This document shows positions 1 through 9,759 of a stretch of DNA of 64,000 bases, piece after piece. The position numbers and the translations under genes were made by a program. The notes under the pieces were generated by a model. It did not search any database. It saw nothing but the letters and a program-made list of their open reading frames with translations, and was not told the origin of the DNA. The DNA is from Fibrobacteria bacterium (GTDB lineage Bacteria > Fibrobacterota > Fibrobacteria > UBA11236). Where the stretch lies: positions 8,287 to 72,286 of the forward strand of contig JBJHDK010000003.1 in NCBI GenBank assembly GCA_050486505.1, written 5' to 3'. Every line of letters starts with the position of its first letter. The stretch's first letter is position 1.

Positions 1-1
1 C

Positions 2-1588
2 GACCTCGGTCTGATTGCGACGATTCGCGACGGCAAGCGCGGGTTCGAGTATTACGTGGGCGGGGGCCTCGGTGCCGTGCCCTACGCGGCGAAGCTGTTC
101 AGTGATTTCGTGCCCGAGGAGGAAATCCTTCCGCTCGCGCAGGCGGTGTGCCGCATCTACGGTCGTTACGGCGAAAAGAAGAAGCGCCATCGTGCCCGCA
201 TCAAGTTTCTCATTGCCGATCTCGGATTCGAGAAGTTCAAGGAACTCGTGCTCGCCGAGCGCGCCATCCTGCCGCACGACGATCGCTGGTCCTCATACAT
301 CAAGGACATCGCGAAGTTCGAGGAGAAGCCCTCGCGTCCCGCGGGAAAGGCGATTGCCCCCACGGGTGACAAGGAATACGATTTCTGGGTGAAGACCAAC
401 GTCAAGCCCCAGCGTCAGGAAGGCTACGCTGCCGTGATCGTGACGCTTCCGCTGGGCGACATTACGTCGAACCAGATGCGCGACCTCGCCGACATCACCC
501 GCAAGTACCTCAAGGACACCGTGCGCACGATGGTCGAGCAGAACCTGCTGCTGCGCTGGGTCAGCATCGACGATCTGCCCGCACTCTACAAGGACCTGAA
601 GGTGATCGGACTGGCCCTGCCCGGTGCGGAGTCGATCCTTGATGTCACAGCTTGCCCCGGAACCGATACCTGCAAGCTGGGGGTTTCTTCGTCGCGCGGC
701 CTTGCGGGCGAACTGCGCAAGCGTCTCTACGCCAAGGGGCCCGAGATTGCCGAGGCGGCGCGCGCGCTGCGCATCAAGGTCTCCGGCTGCTTCAATTCCT
801 GCTCGCATCACCACATCGCCGACATCGGGTTCTACGGAATCTCCCGGAACGTCGGCGGCTACGTGGTGCCGCACTTCCAGATGGTGCTGGGCGGCCAGTT
901 CGAGAACAACGGCGGCGCCTTCGGCATCGGCGTGGGCGGCGTGCCCTCGAAGGCCGTTCCGGTGGTGGTCGAGCGCCTGCTCGAGCAGTTCGTGGCGCAG
1001 CGCAACGAGAACGAGAAGTTCCGCGACTGGGTGGAGCGCACCGGCAAGGCCACCATCATGCAGGGCCTGCAAGATCTCATGGCCGTTCCCGCCTACGACC
1101 AGGACAAGTCCTGGTACGTGGACTGGGGTGACGTGCGCGAGTATTCCGTGAAGGACAAGGGCATGGGCGAGTGCGCGGGCGAAGTGGTGACGCTCACCGA
1201 CTTCGGTCTCAAGGCCGCAGACCGAGAGCTTTTCGACGCGCAGCTCAAGCTGGAACAGGGCGGTGGCTCCGCGGAAGTCGGTGCGATGGCGTACCGCGCC
1301 ATGGTGCTGGCGGCACAGGGCCTTCTTAAGGCGAAGCATCCCTACGTGAACGAGGATCCCGACACGGTCATGGATCTGTTCATCAAGGACTTCCACGAGA
1401 CCGCGATCTTTCACGATCCGTATGCGGGTCCCAAGTTCGCGCAATACTACTTCGCAGCCCACAAGCACCGCGGCGCCGGGCTCGACAAGGAGAAGGCCTC
1501 CCTGTTCCTCCATGAGGCACAGCTATTCGTGGAGGCGGCCCACAGCTGCCACGCGCGCACGAGCCTGGCGGCACCGGCATCGACATGA
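2..1588 (+). CDS. sir: Ferredoxin-dependent sulfite/nitrite reductase hemoprotein, 5'-partial (runs off the window start)
   Basis: The frame is open from nt 2. Translation contains the siroheme/[4Fe-4S] Cys clusters TACPGTDTCK and SGCFNSC and a ferredoxin-type SiR/NiR C-terminal extension. The first in-frame start listed by the ORF track is GTG at 56, but the upstream codons (DLGLIATIRDGKRGFEYY) also read as protein. Confidence 0.8.
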   Translation, partial: DLGLIATIRDGKRGFEYYVGGGLGAVPYAAKLFSDFVPEEEILPLAQAVCRIYGRYGEKKKRHRARIKFLIADLGFEKFKELVLAERAILPHDDRWSSYIKDIAKFEEKPSRPAGKAIAPTGDKEYDFWVKTNVKPQRQEGYAAVIVTLPLGDITSNQMRDLADITRKYLKDTVRTMVEQNLLLRWVSIDDLPALYKDLKVIGLALPGAESILDVTACPGTDTCKLGVSSSRGLAGELRKRLYAKGPEIAEAARALRIKVSGCFNSCSHHHIADIGFYGISRNVGGYVVPHFQMVLGGQFENNGGAFGIGVGGVPSKAVPVVVERLLEQFVAQRNENEKFRDWVERTGKATIMQGLQDLMAVPAYDQDKSWYVDWGDVREYSVKDKGMGECAGEVVTLTDFGLKAADRELFDAQLKLEQGGGSAEVGAMAYRAMVLAAQGLLKAKHPYVNEDPDTVMDLFIKDFHETAIFHDPYAGPKFAQYYFAAHKHRGAGLDKEKASLFLHEAQLFVEAAHSCHARTSLAAPAST

Positions 1589-1594
1589 ACCTTC

Positions 1595-1622
1595 GTAAGG
1601 GCGACCCGCTGGTTGCCCATAC
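1595..1622. repeat. REP-like palindrome copy 1 (GTAAGGGCGACC-cgct-GGTTGCCCATAC)
   Basis: Imperfect 12-bp inverted arms sharing the 11-mer TAAGGGCGACC with copies at 8872, 37430 and 37515. Intergenic, just after the sir stop. Confidence 0.45.
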
Positions 1623-1661
1623 CCAGTGCCGCCTTTGGGCGAGTGCGCAACAAGGAAGACT

Positions 1662-2234
1662 ATGAACCTGCAGAACATCCAATGGAAACTCCACGTCGAC
1701 GAGAACACCGTCGGTGACCACCACAACTGGTTCAAGGCCTTCGCGGCCTGGATCCCCGACAGTCCCGAGGTGTTTGTCGACGTCGCGGATTACAGTCACG
1801 TGCAGGATGGACCGATCGTGTTCCTCTCCGGGCACAACGAGTGCTATACCCTCGACGCGACTTCGCGTCGTCTCGGCCTCCTGTACGAGCGTCGCCAGCC
1901 GGCCGACGGCACGAACGCCGAGAAGCTGCATGCGTCCTTCAAGACGCTGCTGCTGCACGCCGCACGTCTTGAAACGGATCCGGTGTTCGGTGACAAGGCT
2001 CCGAAGTTCCTCGCAGGTGACGTGAAGTTCATCGTCAACAACCGCGCCATCGCTCCGAACACCGATGAGACGCTCGCCACCGTGAAACCCGAGCTCGACG
2101 CCTTGTTGTCCAAGGTTTACGGCGCGGACGGCTATACGCTGGAGCGCGAGCAGGACGCCCGTCAGCGCTTCATGGTGCACGTGAAGGCCAAGGCGTCGGT
2201 GACGGTCGCTGAGGCGCTTAAGACGTTGGGTTAA
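1662..2234 (+). CDS. Hypothetical protein (about 190 aa) immediately downstream of sulfite reductase
   Basis: Open reading frame with ATG at 1662 preceded by AAGGAAG. No recognizable motifs. Confidence 0.55.
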   Translation: MNLQNIQWKLHVDENTVGDHHNWFKAFAAWIPDSPEVFVDVADYSHVQDGPIVFLSGHNECYTLDATSRRLGLLYERRQPADGTNAEKLHASFKTLLLHAARLETDPVFGDKAPKFLAGDVKFIVNNRAIAPNTDETLATVKPELDALLSKVYGADGYTLEREQDARQRFMVHVKAKASVTVAEALKTLG

Positions 2235-2272
2235 GAGGACCGCGCCGGAATCCAGAGGCACGAAATTCATAA

Positions 2273-2305
2273 CCCCTTGGGACCTCGTCCCGAGGGGTTT
2301 TTTGT
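2273..2305 (+). terminator. Rho-independent terminator (CCCCTTGGGAC-ctcg-TCCCGAGGGG followed by T6)
   Basis: GC-rich hairpin followed by TTTTTTGTTG, directly downstream of the hypothetical gene. Confidence 0.6.
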
Positions 2306-2389
2306 TGTGGGGTGCACGGTGATGGCGAGGCTGCGTACGGGAAGAGAGTTCGCTTTGGCGAACTTCGGTTTTTCCCGAACCCCTAGCTT

Positions 2390-2734
2390 TTGCGGCACTT
2401 TCGGGGTGCCCAAAACTTGGAACTACTCAGTCTCATCGGCGAGCGCATCAGGAAGCGCATCTTGGGCAGGGGATACCCGAGCATTGAGTTGTTCGCCCAT
2501 GAAAACGGGATTCCGAAGTCCACCCTGAGCGAGTTGCTGAACGGAAAAAACGACCCCAAGCTCACCACGCTCGCGAAAATCTGCGCGGGACTCGAGATCA
2601 CCCTCTCCGATCTTTTGCGTGATCCGCAGATCGATACCTGGATCCGTGAAGAGGCGCCGTACTATGATCCCCGCACGACCCGGGCCGACGCGAAGAGATC
2701 CCCAACAAGGCCTACCAGGAAAGGCCGAGCATAA
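2390..2734 (+). CDS. XRE-family helix-turn-helix transcriptional regulator (start codon uncertain; TTG at 2390 or 2417)
   Basis: HTH_3-like segment IGERIRKRILGRGYPSIELFAHENGIPKSTLSELLNGKNDPKLTTLAKICAGLEITLSDLL. Confidence 0.55.
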   Translation: MRHFRGAQNLELLSLIGERIRKRILGRGYPSIELFAHENGIPKSTLSELLNGKNDPKLTTLAKICAGLEITLSDLLRDPQIDTWIREEAPYYDPRTTRADAKRSPTRPTRKGRA

Positions 2735-2759
2735 CGGCGCCCAGGGGATGACATGACGA

Positions 2760-3626
2760 TTACCCCGCTTTAGGAAATCGTTTCTCCAGGTACTCCCGGT
2801 AGGGTGACTTCGGCATGTCGGCGAGAGTCTTGTCGAAGCGGGCGCGGTCGATGAACCCGCGCTCGTATGCGATTTCCTCGAGGCAGGCGATCTTCAGACC
2901 CTGCCTGGCTTCCAGTGTGTAGATGAAGTGGCTGGCCTCGAGCAATGAGGCGTGCGTCCCGGTGTCGAGCCACGCGATGCCGCGGCCCAGCGGGGAGACG
3001 GCGAGCTTTCCGTCGCGCATGTAGGAGAGGTTGAGATCGGTGATCTCCAGTTCCCCGCGCGGCGAGGGGCGCAGCGCTTTTGCGCGCGCGACCACGGTGG
3101 AGTCATACACGTAGAGGCCGGGCACGGCATGGTGCGATTTCGGCTTCGCGGGTTTTTCCTCGATGCCGACGGCCTTTCCGGATGCGTCGAACTCCACCAC
3201 TCCGTAACGCTCGGGATCCTTCACCGGATAGCCGAAGATACGCGCGCCTTCGCGGAACGATGCGATGATGCCTTCGAGATCGAGCTCGCCGTAGAAGATG
3301 TTGTCGCCCAGGATCAAGGTTGCCGGGCTTCCGGCCAGGAACTCTTCACCGAGCAGGAAGGCCTGCGCCAGGCCCTCGGGCTTGGGTTGCACCTTGTAGG
3401 AGAGGTGGATTCCCCATTGGGAACCGTCCCCGAGCAAGGCCTCGAAGCGGGGGGTGTCCTCCGGCGTCGAAATGATCAGGATGTCGCGGATGCCCCCCAG
3501 CATGAGCGTGGACAGGGGGTAGTAGATCATCGGCTTGTCGTACACGGGCTGGAGCTGCTTGCTCGCGACCCGTGACAGGGGATACAACCGGGACCCGGCC
3601 CCCCCGGCAAGGATGATGCCCTTCAC
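2760..3626 (-). CDS. rfbA: Glucose-1-phosphate thymidylyltransferase
   Basis: [18 protein letters not shown]... is the canonical RmlA N-terminus and the fold matches throughout. GTG start at 3626. Confidence 0.9.
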   Translation of the reverse strand: MKGIILAGGAGSRLYPLSRVASKQLQPVYDKPMIYYPLSTLMLGGIRDILIISTPEDTPRFEALLGDGSQWGIHLSYKVQPKPEGLAQAFLLGEEFLAGSPATLILGDNIFYGELDLEGIIASFREGARIFGYPVKDPERYGVVEFDASGKAVGIEEKPAKPKSHHAVPGLYVYDSTVVARAKALRPSPRGELEITDLNLSYMRDGKLAVSPLGRGIAWLDTGTHASLLEASHFIYTLEARQGLKIACLEEIAYERGFIDRARFDKTLADMPKSPYREYLEKRFPKAG

Positions 3627-4327
3627 GCGTGGCGCCCTTTCTTGTTCCCCTTGCCTGGGGTCCGGAAGGTACGGAAGTTCAGGGGTTGCGGGTCAGGAAG
3701 GCCGAGCGCCGTGCGGATGTCATCGTGCACCTTGGGGATTTCCTGCGTGGCGTCGACCTCGGCGAGCACGCCGACGTCGCGAAAGAAGCGCAGCATGGGC
3801 TCGGTCTTGTCGTGGTAATCCGAAAGGCGCTTGTGGATGGCGTCTGCGTGGTCATCGCTGCGCTGCACCAGAGTGCCTCCGCACACGTCGCAGATGCCAT
3901 CGACCTTGGGGCGGTGACCGATCAGGTTGTAGTCGAGCCCGCAGCGGGAACAGGCGCGCCGGGCGAGCATGCGCTCGGTCACGAGGCTGTCGGGCGCATC
4001 GAGATGGATGACCGCATTGATGTTGTAATTCTCGAAGAGAAACTCGGCCTGCGCGAAGTTGCGTGGATAACCGTCGAGCACGAAGCCGTAATTCCAGTCG
4101 TGCATGGCGAGACGCTCCGAGACCACGCCCGCAACGAGTTCGTCGTCGACCATGCGGCCGCGCGAGATGACGCGGTGGACCTTGGCGGCCAGCTTGGTGT
4201 GGTTGGCGATGTTCCAGCGGAACTGGTCGCCGATCGAAATGTGCACGAAATCGTAGGCCTCGCACAGGAGCTTTGCCTGCGTGCCTTTGCCCACCCCTTG
4301 GATGCCCATGATGATGTACTTGTACAT
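3623..4327 (-). CDS. adk: Adenylate kinase with a zinc-binding lid
   Basis: P-loop [10 protein letters not shown] and a CSRCG...CDVCGG lid. Likely start is MYKYIIMG at 4327. The stop overlaps the rfbA start by 4 nt. Confidence 0.9.
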   Translation of the reverse strand: MYKYIIMGIQGVGKGTQAKLLCEAYDFVHISIGDQFRWNIANHTKLAAKVHRVISRGRMVDDELVAGVVSERLAMHDWNYGFVLDGYPRNFAQAEFLFENYNINAVIHLDAPDSLVTERMLARRACSRCGLDYNLIGHRPKVDGICDVCGGTLVQRSDDHADAIHKRLSDYHDKTEPMLRFFRDVGVLAEVDATQEIPKVHDDIRTALGLPDPQPLNFRTFRTPGKGNKKGRHA

Positions 4328-4625
4328 GCGCCGTGAAGGTAGGAAAAGGGGCTGCTGCATTGGATGCCATAGCCCTTTTCATGGAGTTTGCGGCGGGCTG
4401 ATGTCTTCGTTTCGCCGGACTGCGGACGCGCCATGCGGCGTCGGCCTCAGTCGCGGTACTCCCGGTACCGCTCCTTCGGTCCTCCTGGCCTGACACGTCC
4501 TCGTTCCGGCGCCCCTGTTCGGCAGAGAAGTTGTCTTCATGACCGTCGCGAGCGTCGCCCTGTTTTGCCTTGTCGTCCGTCCCGCATCTGTGCCTGCTTG
4601 CCCTTACAGGTCTACCTTTGGGCCC

Positions 4626-6125
4626 ATGCACAAGCACATCGAAGCTCTCCGTAAATCCGCCCGCGAGATCGGCGCGCTGCGGTCCGCCGCCGGCTTGCTC
4701 GGCTGGGACCAGGAAACCTTCATGCCCCCGCACGGCGGAGCGGCGCGCGCCGAGAGCCAGGCCGCCCTGGGCGCGCTCATCCACCGCCTGCTCACGTCCG
4801 ATGCGCATTGGCGTCTCATCGAAGACGCGTCCGCAATGGACCTTGCGCCGCGCGAGCGCGCATTGGTGCGGGAGCTGCGCCGCGATGCAGAGGACGCGCG
4901 CAAGGTTCCGGCGGACCTCGCGGAGGACCTCGCGCGCACGGCCTCGCTGGCGCAACAGGCGTGGTCGAAGGCGCGCGCCGCCGACGGAGGCAAGGGCGCG
5001 CCCGCGGAGTTTCTGCCGTGGCTGCGCAAGATGGTTGCGCTCAAGCGTCGCGAGGCCGAGTGCCTGGCACGCGGCGACTCGGCGTACGATGCGTTGCTCG
5101 ACCAGTTCGAGCCGGGCGCGCGCGTCGCGACGGTGAGCCCCGTGCTCCAAAGCTTGCGCGACGGCCTGGTTCCCCTGCTGAATCGCGTGCTTGCAAAGAG
5201 TCCCCCCGGCTCCCTTTCTGCCGAGCCTTGGGAAGGAAAGGCCTTTCCGCTGGATGCGCAGGCGCGCTACAACGAGCGCCTGCTGCGCGACATGGGGTTT
5301 GATCTCGAATCCGGTCGGCTCGATGCGAGCGCGCATCCTTTCACGCAGGGCATGGCGCCCGGCGACGTGCGTTTGACGACGCGGTATCGCGAGGATGATT
5401 GGCTCAACGCCCCGTTCAGTACTCTGCATGAAGGGGGGCACGGGTTGTACGAGCAAGGGCTTCCGCAAGAAGACTGGGGAACGCCGCTGGGCGAGGCGAC
5501 CTCGCTGGCGATCCATGAGTCTCAGTCGCGCTTCTGGGAGAACCGCGTGGGGCGTTCGCGCGCGTACTGGGAGTTTTGCCTGCCGGTGGCGGGCGAATAT
5601 TTCGGGGGGCTGCTCGCGGGCGCAACGGTGGACGGGGTGCTTGCCCGGGTCAATGCGGTGGAGAGGTCCTTCATCCGCGTGGAGGCGGATGAGATGACAT
5701 ACAACCTCCATGTGCTGCTGCGCTTCCAGCTCGAGGAGGCGATTTTCTCCGGTGCTCTCGAAGTCGAGGGACTATCTGCCGCATGGGATGAAGGAATGGA
5801 GAAGCTCCTGGGCATTCGTCCGCCCGATGCCGCGCGCGGATTTTTGCAGGACGTGCATTGGAGCTGCGGGTTGTTCGGGTACTTTCCGACCTACACGTTG
5901 GGGAACCTGTACGCGGCGCAGTTCGCGGCGGCGATGGAGAGTGATCTCGGTGATCTCGACACGAAGATTAGAGTCGGCGACTTCGCGCCGATGCGGGACT
6001 GGTTGCGCGAAAACATCCATCGGCACGGCCGGGAGTTTTCCGCCGCCGAGCTGTGTCTCCGCGCGACGGGCAAGGAACTTGATGCGTCACATTTTCTGCG
6101 TTATCTGGAAGGGAAGTACCTGTGA
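4626..6125 (+). CDS. Carboxypeptidase Taq-type (M32) metallopeptidase
   Basis: M32 signatures HEGGHGLYEQG (HExxH) and IHESQSRFWEN. Start taken at MHKHIEALRKS. Confidence 0.85.
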   Translation: MHKHIEALRKSAREIGALRSAAGLLGWDQETFMPPHGGAARAESQAALGALIHRLLTSDAHWRLIEDASAMDLAPRERALVRELRRDAEDARKVPADLAEDLARTASLAQQAWSKARAADGGKGAPAEFLPWLRKMVALKRREAECLARGDSAYDALLDQFEPGARVATVSPVLQSLRDGLVPLLNRVLAKSPPGSLSAEPWEGKAFPLDAQARYNERLLRDMGFDLESGRLDASAHPFTQGMAPGDVRLTTRYREDDWLNAPFSTLHEGGHGLYEQGLPQEDWGTPLGEATSLAIHESQSRFWENRVGRSRAYWEFCLPVAGEYFGGLLAGATVDGVLARVNAVERSFIRVEADEMTYNLHVLLRFQLEEAIFSGALEVEGLSAAWDEGMEKLLGIRPPDAARGFLQDVHWSCGLFGYFPTYTLGNLYAAQFAAAMESDLGDLDTKIRVGDFAPMRDWLRENIHRHGREFSAAELCLRATGKELDASHFLRYLEGKYL

Positions 6126-6973
6126 ATTCGATCTTGCTTGTGCAGTGCGGGGATCGTGCCGGCATCGTGGCCGGGTTGTCCGGATGGGTTCACGAGAACG
6201 GTGGCAATATTCTCGACGCGGACCAGCACACCGACCCCGACACGGGACAGTTCTTCATGCGCATCGAGTTCGACCGCGGCCGCTTTCGGCTTGATGCAGG
6301 GCAAACGCGCGTCTCCCTGCAGGGGCTCGGCGCCCGTCTTGGGATGTCCTGGTTGTTGCATGATGCCGGAGCCCTGCCGCGCGTGGCGGTGTTCGCGAGC
6401 AAGACTCCGCATTGCCTTTATGACCTCCTGCTCAACCGGCAGCTGGATGAGCTTCCCGGCGAGATCGCGATGGTGATTTCGAACCATCCGGATGTCGGCG
6501 AAGTCGCCCGCCACTTCTCGGTTCCGTTTCACCACATTCCCGTGGAGGAACAGGGAAAGATGGAGGCCGAGAAGCGGCAGCGGCAACTATTGCGCAACGA
6601 GGGCGTGGATCTTGTCGTGCTGGCTCGCTACATGCAGGTGTTGTCGCCCGAATTCGCCGCGGAATGGGAGGGGCGGGCGATCAATATCCACCACTCGTTT
6701 CTCCCGGCCTTCGCGGGGGCGCGCCCCTACCATCAGGCGAAGGAACGCGGGGTGAAGCTCATCGGTGCGACGGCGCACTATGTGACGTCCGATCTAGACG
6801 AGGGGCCGATCATCGCGCAGGCGACGACGGCGGTGACGCACCGCGACGCGGTGTCGGACATGGTGCGGAAAGGCCGCGATCTCGAACGGAGCGTCCTCAC
6901 CCGCGCGGTGCGGTTGCACCTGCAGCACCGCGTGCTGACGTCGGGACGGCGGACGGTTGTGTTTGGGGAGTAG
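6122..6973 (+). CDS. purU: Formyltetrahydrofolate deformylase
   Basis: N-terminal ACT-like domain plus a formyltransferase domain (HHSFLPAFAGARPYHQA). GTG start overlaps the M32 stop. Confidence 0.9.
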   Translation: MNSILLVQCGDRAGIVAGLSGWVHENGGNILDADQHTDPDTGQFFMRIEFDRGRFRLDAGQTRVSLQGLGARLGMSWLLHDAGALPRVAVFASKTPHCLYDLLLNRQLDELPGEIAMVISNHPDVGEVARHFSVPFHHIPVEEQGKMEAEKRQRQLLRNEGVDLVVLARYMQVLSPEFAAEWEGRAINIHHSFLPAFAGARPYHQAKERGVKLIGATAHYVTSDLDEGPIIAQATTAVTHRDAVSDMVRKGRDLERSVLTRAVRLHLQHRVLTSGRRTVVFGE

Positions 6974-6976
6974 TTG

Positions 6977-6998
6977 AGTGACGAGTTACGAGTGAAGA
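6977..6998. repeat. Solo partial copy of the ACGAGTT-type heptamer repeat (shares TGACGAGTTACGA with the element at 10748)
   Basis: A 13-mer identical to the left arm of the 10748..10900 element. Lies between the convergent purU and ABC ATPase genes. Confidence 0.3.
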
Positions 6999-7879
6999 TG
7001 CGTTTCGGGATTTCGTGCAACTTCTCCCCGCTTCTCCATCCTCGGCACCGCATCGAGAAGCGTCCGCGTATACGGATGCTGCGGGTTCGCGAAAAGCTCC
7101 GCCGTCGGGCCTTCCTCGACCACCTTCCCCGCGTTCATCACCAACACCCGGTCCGCGATCGCGCGCACAAGGGACAGGTCGTGCGTGATGAACAACAGCG
7201 CCAGGCCCTCCTCGCGCTTCAGGTCGAGCAACAGGTTCACGATCTGCGCCTGCACCGACACGTCGAGTGCCGAGACCACCTCGTCGCACACGATCAGCTT
7301 CGGCTTGAGCCCCAGCGCGCGGGCGATGCACAGGCGTTGGCGCTGACCTCCCGAGAACGCGTGCGGGAAGCGCCCCAGTGCATCCTCGGGGAGCCCGACG
7401 CGATGCAGCAGTTCCGCCGCGGCGGCCTTCAACCCGGATGCGGGAACCATCTTGTGGGTGCGCAGCGGCTCCGCGAGCAACTCGAAGACAGTCAACCGTG
7501 GGTTGAGCGCCGTGTAGGGATCCTGAAAGATGATCTGGAAGTCGCGGCGGTGCGGCTTCCACGCGGAGGGATTCGTCGTGTCGATGCGCTTCCCCGAAAG
7601 GGTGATGTCTCCGGAGGTGGGCTGGGTCAGTCCCAACAGGGAGAACCCCAAGGTGCTCTTGCCGCAACCTGATTCCCCCACCAATGCCACGATCTCTCCC
7701 GGAAAGATTTCCAGTGACACGCCGTCGACCGCGCGCACGTGATCGACGGTGCGCTGCAGCAACCCGCCCGTGATCGGGAACCAGGTACGGAGGTTCCGTG
7801 CGGACAGCAGAGATCGGGGCGAATGGGTCTTGTTTCCCTCCAAGCTCTTGCCTCCTGTCTCATTGCCGATGTCAGCCAC
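6986..7879 (-). CDS. Peptide/nickel ABC transporter ATP-binding protein (DppF/OppF-like)
   Basis: Walker A GESGCGKST, signature LSGGQRQR, and the C-terminal oligopeptide-transporter domain. Likely GTG start at 7879 behind a GGGGGAA RBS, overlapping the upstream stop (GTGGCTGA). The longest ORF runs to 7912. Confidence 0.8.
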   Translation of the reverse strand: MADIGNETGGKSLEGNKTHSPRSLLSARNLRTWFPITGGLLQRTVDHVRAVDGVSLEIFPGEIVALVGESGCGKSTLGFSLLGLTQPTSGDITLSGKRIDTTNPSAWKPHRRDFQIIFQDPYTALNPRLTVFELLAEPLRTHKMVPASGLKAAAAELLHRVGLPEDALGRFPHAFSGGQRQRLCIARALGLKPKLIVCDEVVSALDVSVQAQIVNLLLDLKREEGLALLFITHDLSLVRAIADRVLVMNAGKVVEEGPTAELFANPQHPYTRTLLDAVPRMEKRGEVARNPETHLHS

Positions 7880-8855
7880 TCGTTCCCCCCTGATACAAAT
7901 GGCACGCCACATGATGCCCGGTGTGCGCCTCCGTCCATGCAGGGTCGGTCGTGCAAGGGTCGAAGACGCGCGGGCAGCGGTCGTGGAAGCGACACCCCGC
8001 GGGATAGCGCCCCGGCGGGGGGACGGATCCGGGAATGGGGCGGGGGATGGCGCCGGTTTCGAGGTTGGGCAGCGCGTCGAGCAGGCCGCGCGCGTACGGA
8101 TGCAGCGGATCCCGCAACAGGTCGAGCGCGGGCCCCGATTCGACGACGCGGCCGGCGTACATCACCGCCGCACGATCTGCGTACTGGGCGACGAGGTTGA
8201 GGTTGTGCGTGATCAGCACGATGCCGGTGCCGGTCTCGCGGCGGAGTTCCGCCAGCAGGTCGAGGATTTGCGCCTGAATGGTCACGTCGAGCGCGGTGGT
8301 CGGCTCGTCGGCGAGGATGAGCTTCGGCTTGAGCAACAGGGCGTGCGCGATGAGCACACGCTGCAGCATGCCGCCCGAGAGCTCGTGGGGGTAGGAGCGC
8401 AGCACGCGGTCGGGGTCGCGGAAGCCCACGCGGTCGAGCAGCTCGCGGATGCGCGTCGCGGGGTCTCCCGCGTGTTTATGGTGCCGGAAGGGGAAGCGCA
8501 GCTGCGTGCGAATGGTCTGCAGGGGGTTCATCGCGGCCGACGGCTCCTGGAAGATCATGGCGATGTCGGCTCCGCGTGTCGCGCGCATCTCGTCGGGCGG
8601 GAGCCGCAGCAGGTCGCGCCCGCGATAGAGCGCGCGGCCCGAGAGCACGACCGTGGAGTTCGCGGGCAGAAGCCGCAGCAGGCCGAGGCAGGTGACGGTT
8701 TTGCCGCATCCCGACTCGCCGACGAGCCCGAAGATCTCGCCTTCCCTGACGTCGAAGGACACGCCGTCGGTCACGGGTGTCACGCGCCCTTCGTCCCGGA
8801 AACCGAGCGAGAGGTTCTCAACACGCAGCAGGGGTTCGTTCGACGCGGCGGGCAT
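7872..8855 (-). CDS. Peptide/nickel ABC transporter ATP-binding protein (DppD/OppD-like)
   Basis: Walker A GESGCGKT, signature LSGGMLQR, and the C-terminal HPYARGLL oligopeptide domain. Confidence 0.8.
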   Translation of the reverse strand: MPAASNEPLLRVENLSLGFRDEGRVTPVTDGVSFDVREGEIFGLVGESGCGKTVTCLGLLRLLPANSTVVLSGRALYRGRDLLRLPPDEMRATRGADIAMIFQEPSAAMNPLQTIRTQLRFPFRHHKHAGDPATRIRELLDRVGFRDPDRVLRSYPHELSGGMLQRVLIAHALLLKPKLILADEPTTALDVTIQAQILDLLAELRRETGTGIVLITHNLNLVAQYADRAAVMYAGRVVESGPALDLLRDPLHPYARGLLDALPNLETGAIPRPIPGSVPPPGRYPAGCRFHDRCPRVFDPCTTDPAWTEAHTGHHVACHLYQGGTSG

Positions 8856-8865
8856 TGTGACCTCG

Positions 8866-8910
8866 AAGGTAGTAAGGGCGACCTGCAGGTCGCCCGTACA
8901 GGGCTACCTT
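8866..8910. repeat. REP-like palindrome copy 2 (GTAAGGGCGACC-TGCA-GGTCGCCCGTAC nested inside AAGGTAG...CTACCTT)
   Basis: Near-perfect 28-nt palindrome with an extended outer inverted repeat. Sits in the divergent promoter region between the ABC ATPase and the IMPase genes. Confidence 0.55.
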
Positions 8911-8916
8911 TACATC

Positions 8917-9759
8917 ATGCCCGCCGCGCCGGTGAACATCTTCCTCGAAACCGCGATCGACGCCGTGCGTGCCGCGGGTGCGGTGGCGCTGCGTCGCCGG
9001 GCCGCGTTGGGTCCCGCACGCTTCAAGGGCGAAAAGGACCTCGTCACCGACGCCGACATCGAATGCGACGGGCTCATCCGCGCGAAGATCCTCGAGCGCT
9101 TCCCCGGCCACGACCTGCTCACCGAAGAAGAAGGCGCGCTCGACCAAGGCAGCGCCTGGCGCTGGCTCGTCGACCCGATCGACGGTACCATCAACTATTC
9201 CCGGGGAATCCCGCTGTGGGGAGTTTCCGTCGGTCTTGCGCACGAGGGGCGCATGCTGTGCGGCGCGATATACCTCCCCGTGTTCGACGAACTCTTCACC
9301 GCCGTCGCGGGCGGCGGAGCCACCCTGAACGGAGAGCCGATCCGGGTGGCCCCCCGGTCCGACCTCTCCACCGCCATCGTGTCGCACGGTGATTTCAACG
9401 TCGGCGCCGACGACAACGCGCGCCGCGACCTCAACGCCGCCAACTTCTGGGGCCGCATGCGCACCGTCTCCGGCGTGCAGCGCGTGAAGTGCCTCGGTTC
9501 CGCAGTGGTCGAGGGCGCTTACGTCGCCTGCGGCCGCATGGACGGCTATTGGATGGGGTATCTCAAGCCCTGGGACGTCGCCGTCACCAGCCTGCTCGTC
9601 ACCGAGGCGGGCGGCCGTGTCACCGACCTTGCCGGCAAGCCGTGGACGCTCGAGTCGCGCACGATCTTGTTCTCCAACGGAACGCTGCACGACGCCTTGC
9701 TCGAAGCGCTGTCGTGGGATCGCAGGAAGTTTCCGGAAACATCGGAAGGGAAGGCATGA
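8917..9759 (+). CDS. suhB: Inositol monophosphatase family protein
   Basis: IMPase motifs DPIDGT and WDVA. ATG at 8917. Confidence 0.8.
   Translation: MPAAPVNIFLETAIDAVRAAGAVALRRRAALGPARFKGEKDLVTDADIECDGLIRAKILERFPGHDLLTEEEGALDQGSAWRWLVDPIDGTINYSRGIPLWGVSVGLAHEGRMLCGAIYLPVFDELFTAVAGGGATLNGEPIRVAPRSDLSTAIVSHGDFNVGADDNARRDLNAANFWGRMRTVSGVQRVKCLGSAVVEGAYVACGRMDGYWMGYLKPWDVAVTSLLVTEAGGRVTDLAGKPWTLESRTILFSNGTLHDALLEALSWDRRKFPETSEGKA

Noticed and set aside
293-1513. Long antisense ORF (406 aa) opposite the sulfite reductase gene. Similar long reverse-strand ORFs lie opposite the M32 peptidase (3852..5711), the T9SS protein (25156..26733), nrdJ (33868..36051), htpG (51491..53263) and others.
   Set aside because: These are typical spurious open frames in high-GC DNA. 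The sense-strand genes have strong, recognizable protein motifs, while the antisense translations are Arg/Ala/Pro-rich low-complexity sequence.
4361-4625. Possible N-terminal extension or signal peptide (MTVASVALFCLVVRPASVPAC) on the M32 carboxypeptidase, or a small ORF in the 265-bp adk/M32 divergent region.
   Set aside because: M32 enzymes are cytoplasmic and the family begins near MHKHIEAL. The extension lacks a charged n-region and is more likely untranslated leader.
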